57,606 bases of DNA from Channa argus (lineage: Eukaryota), in assembly GCF_033026475.1 (NCBI RefSeq), contig NC_090210.1:20187894-20245499 (forward strand), in the 5' to 3' direction. The position numbers were made by a program, and so were the translations under genes. The notes beneath the pieces were generated by a model. It made no database searches and was not told the DNA's origin. It worked only from the letters and a program-made list of their open reading frames with translations. Of this stretch, positions 53,194 to 57,606 are shown piece by piece. Numbering within the stretch: position 1 is the stretch's first letter; every line of letters starts with the position of its first letter.

Positions 53194-53280
53194 TCACATG
53201 ATGGAGCACTGCTCTGTTGCCCCTAACCCAGGGCCTCCTGGTAGATTGAGTGACTCCATGTCAAAGTTAAACCCCGGGGG
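53194..53280 (-). CDS. pex19: Peroxin-19 last exon PPGFNFDMESLNLPGGPGLGATEQCSIM* with CaaX farnesylation box CSIM
   Basis: Acceptor ctctccag|CCC, stop TGA 53194-53196. Matches human ...PPGLNFDLDALNLSGPPGASGEQCLIM. Confidence 0.9.
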   Translation of the reverse strand, partial: PPGFNFDMESLNLPGGPGLGATEQCSIM

Positions 53281-54047
53281 CTGGAGAGAAAGAAGAAATT
53301 GAGAGAAACTGTCACATTCAAACAAGTGATAACATACCATACACCAAATAAATTTGATAAATTCCTCCCTTTATTCTGAGTTGATTTGGGCATTTGAGGG
53401 AATATGATTTTTATGGAGTATGATGACTTGATAGCAATAATGAGTTTTTATATTACTTCTGCCCCATGTTATTTAGGACCTCTGTTTGTTAGTTACTGAT
53501 TTACAAATTTCAATACAGCATTGAAAAATGTCATCAATTACTGGGATATTCCACATGGCCCACTCCTTGTCTTAGTTGTCACATCTCCTTTACATAGTAG
53601 TTCCAAACATACTGCAGTTAAAAAGTAAGTGCTGAAAACAGACTGTCTGTAATAAATGGCCGGAACAGACTTTTCAACTAAACCCTTCATTTGAAGCTTA
53701 TCTTGATTGTTTAATATAAAATCAATTATGGTGGTGTACAGAACAGAAATGATGAACATTACCGTGGCCCTGACTGTAGGTACAAGCAAAGTTGGAAAGA
53801 AAAACAAAACAAAACAAAACAACGGCATGCACTTGCACTTTTCCTTGAGCACGGAGTTTGTGTTACTTATACCACCTGAGGAGAATGTGCATGCACCACA
53901 AAGAGTTACATGGAAAGAATGTGTATTTTGTTTCAAGGTAAACTGGAAAGCATAACTAAAAATATCATGACAACCATGATGTAAAGCCCTTAGACGTTAG
54001 ATGAATGGAGCATTAAAACACGTTACTGACTAATGTCACTTATACCT

Positions 54048-54072
54048 AACACACACACACACACACACACAG
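54048..54072. repeat. (CA)n microsatellite in pex19 intron
   Basis: acacacacacacacacacacacag. Confidence 0.9.
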
Positions 54073-54093
54073 CTGAGAGCTGTGTGAACTTAC

Positions 54094-54138
54094 CGCATCA
54101 CCTGCTAACTCTTTAGGTGGCTGTCCAAGGTCCTGCAG
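54094..54138 (-). CDS. pex19: pex19 exon LQDLGQPPKELAGDA
   Basis: Acceptor acttacag|CTG, donor GCG|gtaagt. Matches human LQDLGHPPKELAGEM. Confidence 0.8.
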
Positions 54139-54386
54139 CTGTAAGTACAAGTATCTGTGGTGAGTTTATTTGTGAATAAACCATAGTCAATGCTATCCAC
54201 GACCAGTGTAATATGGGATCTTCATAGCAGTAGATATTTAATGAAGGCGTCTGCATCATGTAAGGACTTTATTGGTAGCAATAATAATTAAATGCAAATT
54301 TACAATCCAAACATTCCAGAATACTTTTTTCAATTTTAGTCACAATTAACTATTCAAGAAGTCAGATGCAGAGTATTAGTGTCTAC

Positions 54387-54557
54387 CTGTTGCATCAGGT
54401 CCATGATCCTCTCGAACACGCCTTCTTTATCCTTTGGCCCCTCTTCCTCCTTCTCAAAGTGCTTACAGATATCTCCCATGATTTTAGCCTGCTGTTCATA
54501 GCGCTGGTAGTCTTCTGGGCTAAGGCTTGGCTTATTGGCATCCAACCACTCTGGGTA
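54387..54557 (-). CDS. pex19: pex19 exon YPEWLDANKPSLSPEDYQRYEQQAKIMGDICKHFEKEEEGPKDKEGVFERIMDLMQQ
   Basis: ORF 54354..54608(-). Acceptor ctcccag|TAC, donor CAG|gtagac. Confidence 0.9.
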
Positions 54558-54640
54558 CTGGGAGGGTGAGTAACAGTTACAAATACTGAGAGGGACACTA
54601 AAGACCACAGTAACACCTGTTTAACACAAAAGAGGCATAC

Positions 54641-54811
54641 TTTTGTAGTGATCTCTTTGAGTGATGGATAAAGCACTTCTTTAGAGAGAAGATTCTGCAT
54701 GATGGACTGCATGATGGGCAGGATGTTTCCATCTTCGGCTCCTTCGCCACCCTCATCTAATCCCAGGCCTTCTAGAGCCTTCACAAGATCATCTCCAGCT
54801 AGTCCAGAGGT
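54641..54811 (-). CDS. pex19: pex19 exon TSGLAGDDLVKALEGLGLDEGGEGAEDGNILPIMQSIMQNLLSKEVLYPSLKEITTK
   Basis: ORF 54395..54784(-). Acceptor ctttcag|ACC, donor AAA|gtatgc. Confidence 0.9.
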
Positions 54812-54900
54812 CTGAAAGCAAACAAAGCCCAGTATATCCAGTCAAATAATTGTTTTATTTGTATTAAACAGATAAAAAAAAACTTCTTTAAATCACCAAC

Positions 54901-54986
54901 CTGCAAGTTGTCTGCATTTTTAGCCAGGCCACGAAGGGTTTCTTTAAGACAGGAAGTGAACTCTTGCTGAGATGCCGTGTCTGTGC
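54901..54986 (-). CDS. pex19: pex19 exon (G)TDTASQQEFTSCLKETLRGLAKNADNLQ
   Basis: Acceptor gtgtag|GC ACA, donor CAG|gttggt. Matches human SDMTSQQEFTSCLKETLSGLAKNATDLQ. Confidence 0.85.
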
Positions 54987-55039
54987 CTACACAGAATTCA
55001 AATATGTTAGTCTACGGTTCAAGCGCAGTAGAAATTGGT

Positions 55040-55112
55040 GAGGGTTGCCAAATCGACATGCGGACAATGATCCACTGTGGCAACCCTGAACTCACGGGAT
55101 AAGCCGAAAAAA
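55040..55112 (+). repeat. Interspersed repeat copy 3 (inverted relative to copies 1-2, ends in A12) in pex19 intron
   Basis: caatgatccactgtggcaaccctgaactcacgggataagccgaaaaaaaaaaaa. Confidence 0.7.
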
Positions 55113-55197
55113 AAAAAAGTCTACATGAACAACGTGGTATGGCATATGAATTAGGGGGTATGTGAAAAACAACTACAATACAAAGTGTAAGCCTTAC

Positions 55198-55360
55198 CAA
55201 CTTTGCCTGCAGCCTCAGACAGTTTTTGGAAGTGCTCCAGTAATTCTGGCTCTTCCTGGGCCAACTCAGTCATGGCCTTCTCCCACTCCTCCTTGGCTTG
55301 AGCAGCCATTTCCCCCTCAAACAGAGTCTCAAAAAGCTTGCAGTCCTCTAGTAGGGGTGG
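55198..55360 (-). CDS. pex19: pex19 exon PPLLEDCKLFETLFEGEMAAQAKEEWEKAMTELAQEEPELLEHFQKLSEAAGKV(G)
   Basis: Acceptor gtgtag|CCA, donor GTT G|gtaagg. Matches human ...AEFEKAMKELAEEEPHLVEQFQKLSEAAGRVG. Confidence 0.85.
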
Positions 55361-55558
55361 CTACACAAATAATCAGAATAACAAACTTGCAGGAATTTGC
55401 AGGAAGACTTTCAAACTTCCAAAAAAATAAATGGAAACCCAATTTTAACCCCGCCAGACCTTATAATTGTGGACATATCAATATACTTTTAAATATGGTT
55501 AAGTGGGTAAGGCAAGTGAGGCGGTGACTTCATTTTTAAAAACATACAGTATACAGAC

Positions 55559-55647
55559 CTTTTCCGCACCGCTGGTAGCTGAGGAGGAAGCAGCTTCAGG
55601 TTCCCGGGTTGGAGGGGCCGCTGTCTTGTCAAAGTCATCCAATGCAC
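55559..55647 (-). CDS. pex19: pex19 exon (S)ALDDFDKTAAPPTREPEAASSSATSGAEK
   Basis: Acceptor ctttcag|GT GCA, donor AAG|gtctgt. Matches human SALDDFDKAKPSPAPP. Confidence 0.8.
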
Positions 55648-57061
55648 CTGAAAGAAATATGACCACATCAGCCAGTGAACTTTATGTCTAAGTCTACGAG
55701 ATAGTCTGCCAAATGTCAGAACTCACAAATTATTGACTTATTCCCATCAGCACATGCCGCATATTCCAACTAATTATACTAACAACCACAGTATGTTGGA
55801 CAAACATAGCTAAACTTAGTGCATTAATATGACAATACAAGATATGCTTCCACTTCATTACAGTATATTTCAGAGACAAATGCTGTACTTTTTACTTTAC
55901 TATGTTTACAAAGATAGTTGGAAATAAGTATTACCCTTTAGATGGAATGACATAATAATCACATTAAAAAAAACAAACTATGCACCGTTCAAGATTAGAC
56001 CAGTGGTTCCCAGCGATACGGCCAGCGTCACTGTCATTGTCAGTTTGTTCCAGCATTTACTTCTTTTGTCATAGGTAGAATGACTGGAAAACAAAACCCT
56101 TCTGAAACAATGGGTTACTGTTGCTCTTTTACCAGCTGCCCTGATCTCTACCTCATATTGGTGGCGTTTGTGCTAGAGAGGGTAAAACTAATTCGATGCA
56201 TGAGTGCAAACAGTTGTTGACACAGGTTTGTGGTACAACTTGCAAATTTATTTCACATCTTCTTTGTTACCCAACCATCTCCAAATTACATCGATAGCTC
56301 CTTTTTTTTTTGGCTTTTTGTTGTGTTTGTAGGCTCAGAAGAGATGCCCACCTAATGCAATACATCCAATCACGTCATCACAAAATTGTCAATATCACAA
56401 TTATATATAGTTAAAATTTAAAGTTTGTTTAGGTAAACTTTGTATGCAGTGCTTTAAGTTGCAATGCAGTGTATCTGATCTAAGTAATCTCAGTAAAGCT
56501 AGTTCTATTAACGTCATCACTGCTCATAGTGCGTCGTTCCCAGTAAAACGTAAACACCAGTAGTTGAACCAGTTATCCTGCTCATACACAAGTTACACAA
56601 AGGCGACTATACTCTGTGATAGCAAAAAAAATATGCGTAAAGTTAAAATCAGCAGTTTTTCGTTTTGTTTAATAACGGCGTTCCAGTAAAAATAAATAAA
56701 TATATAAATAATCCAAGGGCAAAGACGCAATGTGTGAAAACAGCTCGGTGCATCTGCTATCTTAGCTAAGTTAGCAACATAAGGCGATTTATCACAAAGT
56801 CACAAGCAACCGAAAACTTTCTTAACCTCTTGTGTTTATTTGGGGGGATGCTACGACCACCTGGCTTCACTGTAAGTCATAGCTGTCAGCTGCTTTATCG
56901 ATTTTTGGGACTCGACCCGGACATCCACTCGAGCACATGAGCTAGGTTACCCCCGGCACACATACACGGGAGGAGCACAGTCTCCCGTTGTAACATCACA
57001 AAAATCCGTACTGTCGTCGGCAACACGACAACGAATGTATATGCGTATTATCATCACTTAC

Positions 57062-57125
57062 TGTCCAACAATTCGTCCAGCTCTGCATCGTGTCCAGCGG
57101 CCGACTCTCCCGTTCCCGACGCCAT
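57062..57125 (-). CDS. pex19: pex19 first coding exon MASGTGESAAGHDAELDELLD(S)
   Basis: ATG 57123-57125(-), donor GAC A|gtaagt. Matches human N-term ...ELEELLESALDDFD. Confidence 0.75.
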
Positions 57126-57207
57126 GATGTTACCTTCTCCAAACACCGAGCCACCGAGCACGTCTCTAAAAAATGACGTTTCTGTTGGAAGAACGTCGCC
57201 CTAATAA

Positions 57208-57215
57208 TGACGTCA
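57208..57215. promoter_or_regulatory. pex19: Perfect CRE palindrome TGACGTCA about 85 bp upstream of the pex19 ATG (putative promoter element)
   Basis: aataatgacgtcatgcccc seen directly. Functional role is inferred. Confidence 0.3.
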
Positions 57216-57329
57216 TGCCCCCACTCTTTAAAGATGGCTTCACCTGGCGGAAGATAATTAAATTACACACAAATAAAAGTAAAATATTAGTGAGCAACAT
57301 TTTTTCAGCAAATAATACATTATAAGTGC

Positions 57330-57400
57330 TATTTGCTTGCACTGTACATCGCTTGTAAAGCCACTTTGGCCTAATAACTTAAAATGTATTTCTATTGAAA
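57330..57400. repeat. Second copy of teleost repeat tail motif (cf. 50296-50392) upstream of pex19
   Basis: tgtacatcgcttgtaaagccactttggcctaataacttaaaatgtatttc. Confidence 0.5.
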
Positions 57401-57606
57401 TAGTTTCTCATTAACATGTTGTCATGCTCTTCTGCTAAAGTGTCACTTTCTGGTTGAGTGAGACACATTTAAACAGACAGATGTAGTGAGACACTGGTAA
57501 AGCCAGAGACTGGACCTAAACTTGCAGAAAGCAGAAGCAATAAATGCAAAATACTTACTCTGATGTTTTATTTAATCTAAATTGAACCCACACACACACT
57601 CACATG

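Overview
This is vertebrate DNA, almost certainly a teleost fish chromosome segment, and I saw no prokaryotic features (no CRISPR, operons or rRNA). It has an intron-rich gene structure, SINE and Tc1 transposon relics, and microsatellites. All recognisable genes lie on the minus strand. They form a block syntenic with human 1q23: a partial Ig-superfamily gene (V-set exon at 177-377, candidate signal-peptide exon at 4283-4334), fcer1g (6.9-8.4 kb, 4 coding exons), vangl2 (11.7-16.3 kb, 7 coding exons, ends ...ETSV), ncstn/nicastrin (28.7-38.3 kb, 17 coding exons), copa/coatomer alpha (39.0-50.7 kb, 30 coding exons) and pex19 (53.2-57.1 kb, 8 coding exons, CaaX 'CSIM'). I reconstructed exon boundaries by hand from GT/AG splice sites and phase continuity against what I recall of the human proteins. 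Each gene model sums to a multiple of 3 (82, 518, 702, 1223 and 292 codons). Individual boundaries may be off by 1-2 nt. The 12 kb between vangl2 and ncstn, where tetrapods carry NHLH1, has no bHLH ORF. It instead holds an orphan CpG island with triplet repeats, a Tc1 transposase relic and several interspersed repeats. Gene identities are confident. UTR extents, promoters and the Ig gene model are inferences.
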